Source: Minutocellus sp. GHC0000111 (Eukaryota). Taken from it: a stretch of 64,000 nucleotides of DNA. Location of the stretch: the NCBI GenBank assembly GCA_977018835.1, contig OZ361259.1, positions 4,402,001 to 4,466,000 of the forward strand. The letters run 5' to 3'. The position numbers and the translations under genes are program-made. The notes beneath the pieces were generated by a model. That model was not told where the DNA came from and did no database searches. It saw only the letters and a list, made by a program, of their open reading frames with translations. Below, piece after piece: positions 14,588 through 24,491 of this stretch (position 1 is the stretch's first letter; every line of letters starts with the position of its first letter).

Positions 14588-16954
14588 TTACTCTTTGCTA
14601 ACTGGTTTTGTCGCCTCGAGCTTTTCGACGAGGTTCTCCAAATTCGTTGCATCTTCCCATCCAGGAATATCAAAGCGCCAACCCTCTTCTTCAGGCAAGC
14701 TATCTTCTTCGCAATTTTCAGCATTGGCATCGCTTTCCTCGCTTCCCTCAGCAACTTCCTTGCCATCATCGGCAGAATCTCCTTCATCAAAAGGCTTCAA
14801 GATAAAATCAAGCGCATCATCTTCTGATAAGACATGAATGCCTTGTCGAACAAAGAAGGCTCTGACCATGGAAAGGTCTCGAACCAACAGCTCTCTTGCG
14901 GATGGGTGCTGGCGCTCGACAGCCTGTCCAAGATCAATGAGAACAATTTCCAGCCCGCTACCATCATCTTCTTCTGACTTGTCCTCTTTTCTCTCCCATA
15001 TGCTATTGTTTTCAATTATGGATGAAGGGCAAAGCAAAATGTTGTATTCGCTGAGGTCACCATGCACCAGCCGGGCAATGTGGTAGAGACGGCGCACTGC
15101 CACCATAACCTGACCATATAGCGCGGTCCATTTCTTGCTTCCCTTCTTGATATCGACTTCCCTCAACTGGGGACTTGGCCACCCCTCCTCTCCCAGGAAT
15201 CTCATGAAAAGCACATTCTCCTCTTGCAGAAGCGGCGTGGGAACCGGCACTCCAGCTCTATTGGCTCGGATCAAGTTGCGATATTCCTTCTCGGCCCACA
15301 ACTCAACCTGGCGTCTTGGATCAGTGTTTTTGAATTTGATAGAGTGGTATCTCGGATCGCCGTCAACATAATTGCGTCGCCCCTTGAATTCTTGGATGCG
15401 TTTGAATACTTTGATGGCCACGTCGTAACCACCACTACCGCCAACGGCATTTCCTTCGTCGTCAGCAATGCCTTCCCCTCCATTTGCATGATAAACGATC
15501 GCTTCTTTGCCCTCCTTGACGACGCCATTGCACGCATCGATGGTGCCCTGATTCAATGCACGAGTTACGAGAAGACGAACATTGCCATCCATTGCACCTC
15601 CTCGCGTTTTGGCGCCTCCATAATTGTCTGCTCTACCGGTGCCATGTCGTTCTACACCTTTCACCGTGCCACGCTTCTTGATATTCTGCTTGAGAGAATT
15701 ATAGGCCTGGTCTGATATTCCAATGGGCCCGTCCACATCACGCCCTCCCTTGCGGCAACCTTTAGCTCCAGCAGCACCGAGCAAACGAGTTGCATTTGAC
15801 TGTGCTTTGAGTTGAGGGTCGTGCTTCGTACGAGTTTCGTTATTTGGACCGACAATTACATTCCTGCTCAGACGAGACCAAGTCTTGGATTGAGTGGAGG
15901 CATTCATGCGGAATCCCTCGTCTTCTTGGGCAGATGAAGAGCCAAATTGAGCCTGATATTTTTCGTATGCCCCATATTCCTCTTGATATCGATCATAGTC
16001 GTCAGCGCCATAGAGCTGCCGCTGCTCTCCTTCATCATCATTGTGCTCATCGGCATTGCGATGATATTCGAAATCATCATGGTCCATAGTAGAGACATTT
16101 CCACCGCTCTGTTTCATGGATTGTCTCGCCGCCGCTTGGCGCTTGGCGTCTTCTTCTTCCTCTCGTTGCAGTTCCAGGGCTAGCTTAAGCGATGCCGCCG
16201 CTTCGGCATCATCAGCCTCTTGAATGGCACGAGCAATCGCCTCGGCTTCTGTTTCAATCGCATTATCAGTTGCCTGAGCGGCTGGATCAGCACCAGCGCC
16301 ATCATCAGCCTCTTGAATGGCACGAGCAATCGTCTCGGCTTCTGTTTCAGTCACACTATCAGTAGCCTGAGCGGCTGGATCAGCACCAGCAGCTGCTGCG
16401 GCATGTGCATCAGCATTCCTTTGATTCAATACATCGCCGCCAGCCTCCTGGAGAGACAAGGCAATTGCCATGCGCATATCTCCATCCAATCCATCATCGG
16501 CTTCAGCATCCATTCCTCCTATTGCTATGGTGTCCTCCACCGTTTCCGCCGCTTGCTGCTGTGCAGCTAACTGAAGAGACGCCTCGATTGCCTCTCTCAT
16601 CATTCTATCTTCCTCCGACTCAACCTCTCGCACGGCCCTTTCGGCCTCCTCTTCTGCCATGATGTCAGCCAACGACGAGCGCCCATTTGTTGTAGCCGTG
16701 GCGTCTGTGGCAGCAGCTAGCAATGGGTCGGTCGGATTGGATTGAGATGCTGACAAAGGAGGCCTGCCCCACGGGTTGGATGTGTCATGTGTTGTCTTTG
16801 GCTCAGCGGGAGCAGGAACATCTGTTGCATCCCCACTGGGAGGGCCGGCAGCTGTATTAGTATCTACCTGAGGACCAGCCATCGTTTTGTTGGTGCTTTT
16901 CGCCGCTACTTCTTGGGTACTTTGTGGTTGGCGACGGGTCGACGGGTCGTTCAT
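14588..16954 (-). CDS. RIO-family atypical kinase with a long N-terminus carrying UIM/MIU-like motifs (RIOK3-like)
   Basis: Kinase motifs VKEGKEAIVYHA, AIKVFK, YVDGDPRY, WAEKEYRNL, LVHGDLSEYNIL, IDLGQAVE..HP. N-terminus has MREAIEASL, MRMAIALSLQE, SLADIMAE and TKHD. Confidence 0.88.
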   Translation of the reverse strand: MNDPSTRRQPQSTQEVAAKSTNKTMAGPQVDTNTAAGPPSGDATDVPAPAEPKTTHDTSNPWGRPPLSASQSNPTDPLLAAATDATATTNGRSSLADIMAEEEAERAVREVESEEDRMMREAIEASLQLAAQQQAAETVEDTIAIGGMDAEADDGLDGDMRMAIALSLQEAGGDVLNQRNADAHAAAAAGADPAAQATDSVTETEAETIARAIQEADDGAGADPAAQATDNAIETEAEAIARAIQEADDAEAAASLKLALELQREEEEDAKRQAAARQSMKQSGGNVSTMDHDDFEYHRNADEHNDDEGEQRQLYGADDYDRYQEEYGAYEKYQAQFGSSSAQEDEGFRMNASTQSKTWSRLSRNVIVGPNNETRTKHDPQLKAQSNATRLLGAAGAKGCRKGGRDVDGPIGISDQAYNSLKQNIKKRGTVKGVERHGTGRADNYGGAKTRGGAMDGNVRLLVTRALNQGTIDACNGVVKEGKEAIVYHANGGEGIADDEGNAVGGSGGYDVAIKVFKRIQEFKGRRNYVDGDPRYHSIKFKNTDPRRQVELWAEKEYRNLIRANRAGVPVPTPLLQEENVLFMRFLGEEGWPSPQLREVDIKKGSKKWTALYGQVMVAVRRLYHIARLVHGDLSEYNILLCPSSIIENNSIWERKEDKSEEDDGSGLEIVLIDLGQAVERQHPSARELLVRDLSMVRAFFVRQGIHVLSEDDALDFILKPFDEGDSADDGKEVAEGSEESDANAENCEEDSLPEEEGWRFDIPGWEDATNLENLVEKLEATKPVSKE
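16207..16390. repeat. In-frame tandem duplication with a 93-bp (31-aa) period inside the RIO kinase gene
   Basis: CATCATCAGCCTCTTGAATGGCACGAGCAATCG... starts at 16207 and again at 16300. The protein repeats GADPAAQATD..ETEAE.IARAIQEADD twice. Confidence 0.9.
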
Positions 16955-17131
16955 TCATCGCCGTGGCCACTGAAATCACACTCTCCGTGCTGAGCAAATG
17001 GCCAGATCCCTATTTCCGGGTGTCATTACCGCGGCGCGGATTAGAGGATGGTCGGCTCACTTTTTGCCGATCTGGACCTGGACCCTTCCTTGAGAGAGAC
17101 GGTTGCTTCTCCCAGCATTTGCATTGCTACC

Positions 17132-18092
17132 ATGGCGCTCGTAAACGTGGTGAACATGGTGAGTCATCCCTTTCGACGTTGTTGCATCGGCGTTCCCTCT
17201 CTCGTATCTTTTCAATAAACGGCATATCATGTGTCATACCCCGCGCGCCCGCCAAATGTCCTCACATATCTTGTCCCTCTCCCTCTCTCATCATGCCTCG
17301 TCCCTTGTTGCACAAAAATCACCCACCAAACCACAACCCTAGGTCGTCCTCGACAACCCCACAAACTTTCGGAATCCCTTCCAATTCGAAATTACGTTCG
17401 AGTGCCTTCAGGAGCTCGAAGATGGTGAGTGTCGAGGGATGGGTCGACTGTCATTGTTGTTTGTGCGTCTCATTCATTCATAGTTCTTGCTTGCTCAACC
17501 TCACGTTTTCCCCACTATTTCGTTCCGCCTTGCACATCGCTTACCCAACTTATTAGATCTGGAATGGAAGGTCGTGTACGTCGGTAGCGCCGAGGATATG
17601 ACCCGGGATCAGGTTCTCGATGAAATTTTGGTCGGTCCAGTACCAGTTGGGGTGAATAAGTTCGTCCTCCAGGCCGACGCACCAGACCCGGCCAGCATCC
17701 CCAATGGGGACATTTTGGGAGTAACGGTGGTTCTGGTCACGTGCTCGTACAAGGAGCGTGAGTTCATTCGCATTGGCTACTATGTTAACAATGAATATGC
17801 CGAGCCGTTTGACCCAGAGGTTGGACCTCCCAGTCGCCTTGACATTACCAAGGTCGTCCGAACCATCCTGGCCGACAAGCCACGCGTTACTCGATTCAAT
17901 ATTCCCTGGGATGGTGCCGAAGAGAAGGGTCCGCCACCTCAGCAGGAGGCCGCCGAGGGTGACGTGTCGATGGAGCTTGCCGATGACGACGATGGTCTCG
18001 CGAGCGCTGCGGATTATGAAGAGGACGAAGAAGACGAAGAGGGGGGCGATGACGATGGTGAGATCGACCTGGAGATGCTCCCGAACGAATGA
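17132..18092 (+). CDS. ASF1: Histone chaperone ASF1, copy 2 (introns 17159-17342 and 17425-17556)
   Basis: MALVNVVNM | VVLDNPTNFRNPFQFEITFECLQELED | DLEWKVVYVGSAE..GPVPVGVNKF..KPRVTRFNIPW plus an acidic tail. Intron ends are canonical GT-AG. Confidence 0.92.
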
Positions 18093-18528
18093 ATCGGAAC
18101 GGGAACGCAAACCTTCTGGGATGTTCGCATCGAATCATGTGTCGCGAATAGCTGCAATTCTTTTCCGGCCGACATTCGCCGAATGCAGCAAAAGTGAAAC
18201 CACCAAAAATCATTCAGGAATTCAAACCAGAAAGAAATTGGAGCAACATTTGCAACATTAGAAGGACAAATCACGTGAAGGAGACTGCGTGCGTCCAATC
18301 TGGTTCAATAGAATACTACTAGTACTCTGGGGCAATTAGTAGCATAAAGTTCAATCAATAGCAATTGTTTGAGATTGTATTTTGGGTTCTGCTTCGTATC
18401 GACGGACAATGGATGAACAATCACGCCTCAATGTTTTTATTTATTTTTAGAAGAGGCACAGACCTTGACTATATCAAAAGTCTCCTGTTTTGAGTTTGTG
18501 CCATCTCTCCGATAGATGAGTTCTTCGT

Positions 18529-19314
18529 TTATCTCGACAGATGAACGCCCAGCTCAACCTTGAACTCGGTATACTTATCTTTGCTTGAGCGGCAATGCGC
18601 CTCCAAATGGTTCATGATCGGACAGCCTCCACCGCAGTTGGATTGATTGAATTTGTACTCGCTGCTCGCGGCGAGGTACCTCTTGGTATCCACGTGCTGT
18701 AGGTGGAACTTCTTGGCCCGCTCCAGGACCTTGTCGCTGCTGCTGCCACAGACCACAACCCAGTCGTCGCCGGTGTCGCCCTCCATGGCTTCGCCGAAGC
18801 CCGATACCTCCTGCTGCCGGCTCAGAGGACTGCGGACCAAGTGGGAGTGCAAGTTCTTTTCCGTGTCAGGGTGGCTAAGACGGATCTTTTGGCCGCACTC
18901 GATGGGTTCGCCGGGAGGGCAGATCTCGTCATCATTGGCCTCTCTGATAATCCAAAGGCTGGACGACTTTTTCCTCTTGGGGAGTAGCGAGACGATCTGC
19001 TGACCGCTTCCGCTTCCCATCTTGGCCGACTCCGAGTTGAGATAATACTTGCCCCCGCTCTCAACGTGCGTCAACTTGACGGCCGAACCACATGTTACAG
19101 CCTTTCCGTCTGCATGGTCGGTCAGGAGTCAGGAGATGAGGCAACGAGAGGGGTCAGAATGAGCGAGAAAAAATGACGTGCGATGTGCTCGAAAACAATA
19201 AGCGCACTCGACTCTTTATAGCCACCACTTACCATGGTCAATATCTGACGATGCGGCGCCGACAGATAGAAGTGAGAGGGAGAGGAGCGATGCCAATGCT
19301 GTCGGTCTCTCCAT
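18529..19314 (-). CDS. SDF2: SDF2/SDF2L1-like ER MIR-domain protein (one intron, ~19110-19232)
   Basis: Signal-peptide exon (MERPTALASLLSLSLLSVGAASS), then VTCGSAVKLTH, GSGSGQQ, IECGQKIRLSH, NLHSH..SPLSRQQEVSGFG..GDTGDDW. Confidence 0.88.
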
Positions 19315-19534
19315 CTTGCTGGTTTGGTTGCGAAAAAATGAAACAAACTTGTTGCTTCCACGTTGCACGAGCGAGGTCAGGATCTACGAAGGAAGAAAGC
19401 AGCACATATCAAACTCGAAGCCAGACATCGACGACGTCAGCCAAAATTGCGTCGACATCGACAGTCTCGAGGAAGACATATAGTAGCGGAAAATCACGTA
19501 AGTTTGGGGAACATTGCCACAAACTTTATTCAAA

Positions 19535-21021
19535 ATGCCTCCGCAGATGAGCAAGTATGGTGCTGCTGATGGCGAGCACGTTCCCCTCTCGACGACCGAC
19601 GATGAGGGAGGACACCACGTCGAGCCCATGGAATACAAATCACTTTCGTCCTTTGGGGCCAGCAATGCCGACGAGGAAGACCAAAAGAAACGTCGAAAGA
19701 CGGCAATCATTGCCGGCGCTGCAGTGGCCATGGCTGGTCTGATTGCCATCAATGCAAGTGTGGCGAAAAGTCTGAATGGACGCCTCCCAATCGGACCGTA
19801 CGAGGTAGCATCGGTCCAGGAGGGTTCGACGTTCTTTGACAATTACGAATTCTATGACGGACCCGATTCGCTGGGATCGGCTGGATACAACAACTACGTC
19901 TCCAAGAAGAGAGCGACGGAGCTCAACATTGCCAATATTACCAAAGAGGATGGCGATTCATTCATTTTCATGTCCTCATCCCCTACCGAGAAGGGACCAC
20001 GTGAATCGGTACGTCTGGAGGGAAAGACACGCTACGATCGTGGTTTGTTCATCCTCGACTTGAGGCACATGCCTGCAGGCTGTGGTGTTTGGCCGGCATG
20101 GTGGCTCACCGATGAGGCTGCTTGGCCTGACAATGGGGAAATCGACATTGTAGAGGGTATCAACTACCAAACTGTAGCGAAAACAACCCTGCACACCTCT
20201 GATCGGTGCAGCATGTTTGCCCACGTACCAGCCTGGGCCACAACAGGTGAATGGGACCGAGCAAGTAAGTACATGCGTGTGTTGTCGTGGCCCATTATAT
20301 TGTTTCGTAATATTCTTTTCTCTGACACGTTCTCACCGATAAATCATTCATTCCGGTCAAAACAAATTGTGAACCAGCTGGCCTTCCTGATACGTTCACG
20401 GGAGAAATGGATTTCAATACATCGGTACCTGCCGATAACTGCAATGTTATGGCTCCTCATCAATGGGCGAATCAGGGATGTGTCGCAGTTAGCAAAGATG
20501 AGGGAACCATTGGTCAGCCTCTGAATGAGCAAGGCGGTGGAATCTATGCCTTGGAATGGGATCCCGACAAGGAACGGGCTATTCGCAGTTGGGTCTTTCC
20601 AGGTCATAGCAATATCCCATCAAATCTTCAGGACTCTATTCGAACGGCAAGCAGTCCAGACAAATCGAAGCGTGTGGTCCCTGATCCCAATGAATGGGGA
20701 TTGCCCTATGGTTACTTTGCTGTAGGTGAAGGCACAGGCTGCTCTGCTGACCATTTGAAGAACATGCGCCTTGTGTTCAACCTTGCATTCTGTGGGACGG
20801 TCGCGGGCAATAGATACTTTAGAGATTGTCCTGCGGAGTCCAAGCTCTTCAAGAAGGGCAAGGATCCGGTCCTTTCGTGCAATGCTCTCATCAAGTCTGA
20901 TCCGGAAATGTTGAAGGAGGCGTATTGGAAGATCAAGGGATTGTACGTCTATGAGAGGTCATGGATGAAGCCCGTACCGGAAGCAGAATCATCAGATGAT
21001 TCAGAGCAAGAACAAAATTAA
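19535..21021 (+). CDS. GH16 beta-1,3-glucanase/transglycosylase with N-terminal membrane anchor (intron 20265-20377)
   Basis: HMPAGCGVWPAWW, WPDNGEIDIVEG (ExDxxE catalytic motif), GGGIYALEW, FNLAFCG..AG. One hydrophobic segment near the N-terminus. Confidence 0.9.
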
Positions 21022-21279
21022 ATTGAGGAGCATGTGTCAGTCTTGTGAATGTCGTAGGAAGCTACGTAGCTACGTAGTAGCTAGATCTACGCATGCACAG
21101 TGACATCGTACTTCTGCCTTTCGTTCAACTATATGCGTGATTAAGTACCGGTATGTAAACTAATCTGCAGCTACGTAGCTAGAGAATCCATCTCCATCTG
21201 CTACACAATTCTATGTGTTCTCTATGCCATCGAATGGAAAAAGTTATGTAGCAAGAAGCGCCGTCCACGAAATTCGCTT

Positions 21280-22155
21280 CTAAGCGGCTGTGTTGGCTGT
21301 TACATTTACGTGCAGCGTTGTAGATCTAATCTTTGTATCGGCGACGGACACTGGCGATAGGTCGGCTGACACCTTAGGTAGTCTTTGCGCGTCTTTCTTT
21401 GGTGTTCTTGGTGTGTTGCTGGGCAAAGGTGGAAGAGGAATTGCGACCTTCTTGTCTCCATTTCCATTGGAGGTGCTAGTGCTTGTGGTAGTAGGATGAG
21501 AATTATTTGTGTCTTCGCCATTGTCATCGTCATTATTATCGTCATCGTCATCGTCGCCACGATTAGACTTGCTTTTTGCGATGCAGCTGCTCGAGTCGAG
21601 ACAGTCGCATGAATACTCCTGAAAGAAAGAAAAGTCGTCGTCGCGATTGATGATGTCAAGACGTGATGTTTCAGACTCGAGATCAGAGGCGCAACTGCTG
21701 GTAAAATCGTCGCTACCAAAGATTTCGCTATCATCGTCGTCATTATCATCAGCCGCCTTCTCGGACATGGCTGCCTCATCTTGCTCGGCAAGGGCAGCCT
21801 CGACGGCGAAAGCGACGCAGCTCGAAGATGACATCTTGCGATGATGAGGTGGGTGGAGGATTTTGCACTGGCCCGCTTTGAGATAGTGCTCCCCGGTCGA
21901 CACATCGTCGTTGCACATGAGGCAGGAGAGATCCAACCCCATGAGGTCGATGGCATGCGATCGATTTCGATACGGTGTCAACGGGGGGAGCGAGGGAGAG
22001 GAGGATGCATCGTCGAGAGACAGGCTGCTGATCTCTGCCTGCAAGGAAGGACAGGAGACTGTCCCTCGATTGACCTCGAGCGAGGGAATCGTTGGTAAGT
22101 TCCAAGACGACTGGGATTTGGCGGTCGTGATAATCATCGTCGTCGATGCCGGCAT
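21280..22155 (-). CDS. Hypothetical low-complexity Ser/Asp-rich protein
   Basis: Open frame of about 290 aa from the ATG at 22155; no recognisable domain. Confidence 0.45.
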   Translation of the reverse strand: MPASTTMIITTAKSQSSWNLPTIPSLEVNRGTVSCPSLQAEISSLSLDDASSSPSLPPLTPYRNRSHAIDLMGLDLSCLMCNDDVSTGEHYLKAGQCKILHPPHHRKMSSSSCVAFAVEAALAEQDEAAMSEKAADDNDDDDSEIFGSDDFTSSCASDLESETSRLDIINRDDDFSFFQEYSCDCLDSSSCIAKSKSNRGDDDDDDNNDDDNGEDTNNSHPTTTSTSTSNGNGDKKVAIPLPPLPSNTPRTPKKDAQRLPKVSADLSPVSVADTKIRSTTLHVNVTANTAA

Positions 22156-23115
22156 TTGTGGTTGTCGAAAGAGATCCGGTTGCTTTGCTGATTGAGTTTG
22201 CTTTTGTTTTGGTGTTTGCTGAGATAGCTGGCAGCTCATCCCGCCTCTGGCCGCATGCGTGTGCGACATGACGTGATGAAACTTTGGCTGGAAATTTGAG
22301 TGGATGACGAAGTTCGAAGAGATGCTCAGCAGTCAGTGTTTCAGTTGTGACATGCGTCCTCCTCTTTTGCCACCATGCGGCTTCTCGTTCCGGTGGCACT
22401 TTCCTCGACAACTTTCGTAAGAAGTTATGGCGCTTGTTGTGCCTCGTTTTTAGGAATCCTGGGTACCTGCGACAAATGTGATTCATTCGCGAGGAGCGAG
22501 GTCGCTGTTGTCTAACTCACGTGAATATACGAGCGGGTTACTGCAATAACAAGTGGGTGATCCAACTTCTCAGGCGCCTTCACGTTCACTTCTTGCATTT
22601 CGTCTCTTTGGCGGCAGTTCTTTTAGTGCTTCGCACATTACTGGTAATTGTTCGGTTTTGTCAAGTTACGGTTACAAAGACAAGCCGCGCTGTCTGCTTT
22701 TGTGAGGTGCCGTTTGCGGTCCCACCAACGAAGGCCGAGGGATCGGCAGTCGGCGGCAGCATTTTCGGCACAGTCTTTGCAATACAAGCAGTGTGTGCAC
22801 TAGTCAACCTGACGAATCCGTCTGATTGTGAAGTTCTAACTGAATCTGTATCCTTGGTTCAGACCTTCCTCATTTTCTTCTTTGGAGCTTTCACGAACGC
22901 ACCTCCAGGCCAACAAAAACGATCGAACCACCGCCGAAAAAACGAGCGACGGACGAACATAACAGGCACAGTATCGACCTTTAGCTTTGTTGAGCATTCT
23001 TTGGGGAACGATACGAACGCAAGTGCTTGCTTCTACTTATCAGTGAAGATCCAGACGTCGCAATAGCAACTGGGACACACCGGGGGGAACTTTGAGCAAC
23101 CAATATCATACAACA

Positions 23116-24327
23116 ATGAACTACTTCAATACCGGCACAGCATTGGCCGTCCTCCTCATCCTTTCCTGCTCGGGCACGATATGTCTTCGGCCGGTGGCTG
23201 CGTCCAACGAACGGTCCCTGGAGCTGGCATCCGAGCAGCAGCTCTCGGAGGATGTTGCCAATGCCGGCTTCCAGCAGATTGGGGACCGAGATGGCAACAA
23301 TAGCGGCGGCAGCGGTGGCGGCGGAGTATTTATCAAAATCCTCGACGAAAACGACAACGAGCTGTTCAGCGGTGCACCCGTCGAGGTTTCCGAAGAAGAG
23401 GAGGAGGATTTGATGTCCACGGCGGCGGTGGACAGCGAGGGCAGACAACTGCAGAATGACTGTGGGATGAAATTGACGGCCAAGTGCTACTGGTACGACC
23501 GCTACCCCGACGTCAAGTGCCACGATTTCATTGGACAGTGCGGCAATCGGCCCAACCTGGAGCTGCAGATTACCTACATCTACCGCTTCCAGAATGCCGG
23601 CAATCAGGACATTACCATCACGGGCGTCAACACCAACAGCCGCAAGTCCCAGTCGCACATGGACCGCTTCTCCGATCAGTGGTGGTTCCCCCGCTTCAAG
23701 CCCAGCCAGTCCTCGGTCGTTGGGGAGAACTTCGAGGCCTTCAGGGTATGTGATGCCGGCGCCCTCGACGCATCGATCACCGTCACGGCCACCATGAACG
23801 GTCAGCAGTGCCGCGCCACGGCCCGGTACGAAGTGTGGGAAGCCCTGGCCGAGGCCGACCGAACCCGCACCCCCCGCCCCACGAGGGCACCGGTGCCTCA
23901 GCCGACTCGGGCTCCGACACCAAATCCCACCCCCGCCCCCACACCAGCTCCGACCCCCAAGCCCAACCCCAGCATGGAGCTGGGCCAAACCTTCATCAAG
24001 AAGAAGCAGAAGAACAAGTCCTGCTCGTGGTTGGCCCTCAAGGATACCAAGACGGTGAAGAAGATCTGCCGAACGCGCATCCTGGAGCCGACCGCCAAGG
24101 GCAGCTGTCCGTGGACCTGCAACTTCCGATGCAAGCAGAATGATCCGGCCAACCCGCCGCATCAGGCCTGCATCTATGAGAGCATCAACCGCTTCCTGCA
24201 CAGGAGGGAGAGTAGGAAGACGTGCGAGTGGCTGGCCCAGGAGCCGATGGAGGACAAGAACAAGCTGTGCAAGGCCAAGGCTCGGAATACATGTCCTGCC
24301 GTCTGCAGTGGCTTCTTCAATCAGTAA
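23116..24327 (+). CDS. Secreted protein with RxL sites, a Cys-containing domain, Pro/Thr linker and two Cys-rich C-terminal repeats
   Basis: Signal peptide; RSL and RQL sites; PTRAP/PTPAP repeats; KSCSWL..CPWTC and KTCEWL..CPAVC repeats. Strong C/G third-position bias. Confidence 0.75.
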   Translation: MNYFNTGTALAVLLILSCSGTICLRPVAASNERSLELASEQQLSEDVANAGFQQIGDRDGNNSGGSGGGGVFIKILDENDNELFSGAPVEVSEEEEEDLMSTAAVDSEGRQLQNDCGMKLTAKCYWYDRYPDVKCHDFIGQCGNRPNLELQITYIYRFQNAGNQDITITGVNTNSRKSQSHMDRFSDQWWFPRFKPSQSSVVGENFEAFRVCDAGALDASITVTATMNGQQCRATARYEVWEALAEADRTRTPRPTRAPVPQPTRAPTPNPTPAPTPAPTPKPNPSMELGQTFIKKKQKNKSCSWLALKDTKTVKKICRTRILEPTAKGSCPWTCNFRCKQNDPANPPHQACIYESINRFLHRRESRKTCEWLAQEPMEDKNKLCKAKARNTCPAVCSGFFNQ

Positions 24328-24491
24328 TGCGGCAGTCCGGACATGTACAATAGCTGTTCCAACGTGAGCGTTATATTTTGAAGTTTTGTTTGATTCATGA
24401 TTTACATACCTGTATATGTCTTAGCTTATGCTATTGTTCTTCTCAAGTTTCATCGGTGCATGTACTGTACATTATATTATCGTATTTCCTT

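Noticed and set aside
22300..23066. ORF 22521-23066 and possible coding remnants on the minus strand
   Set aside because: Non-ATG start, no motifs, and stops in the plausible frames; treated as intergenic.
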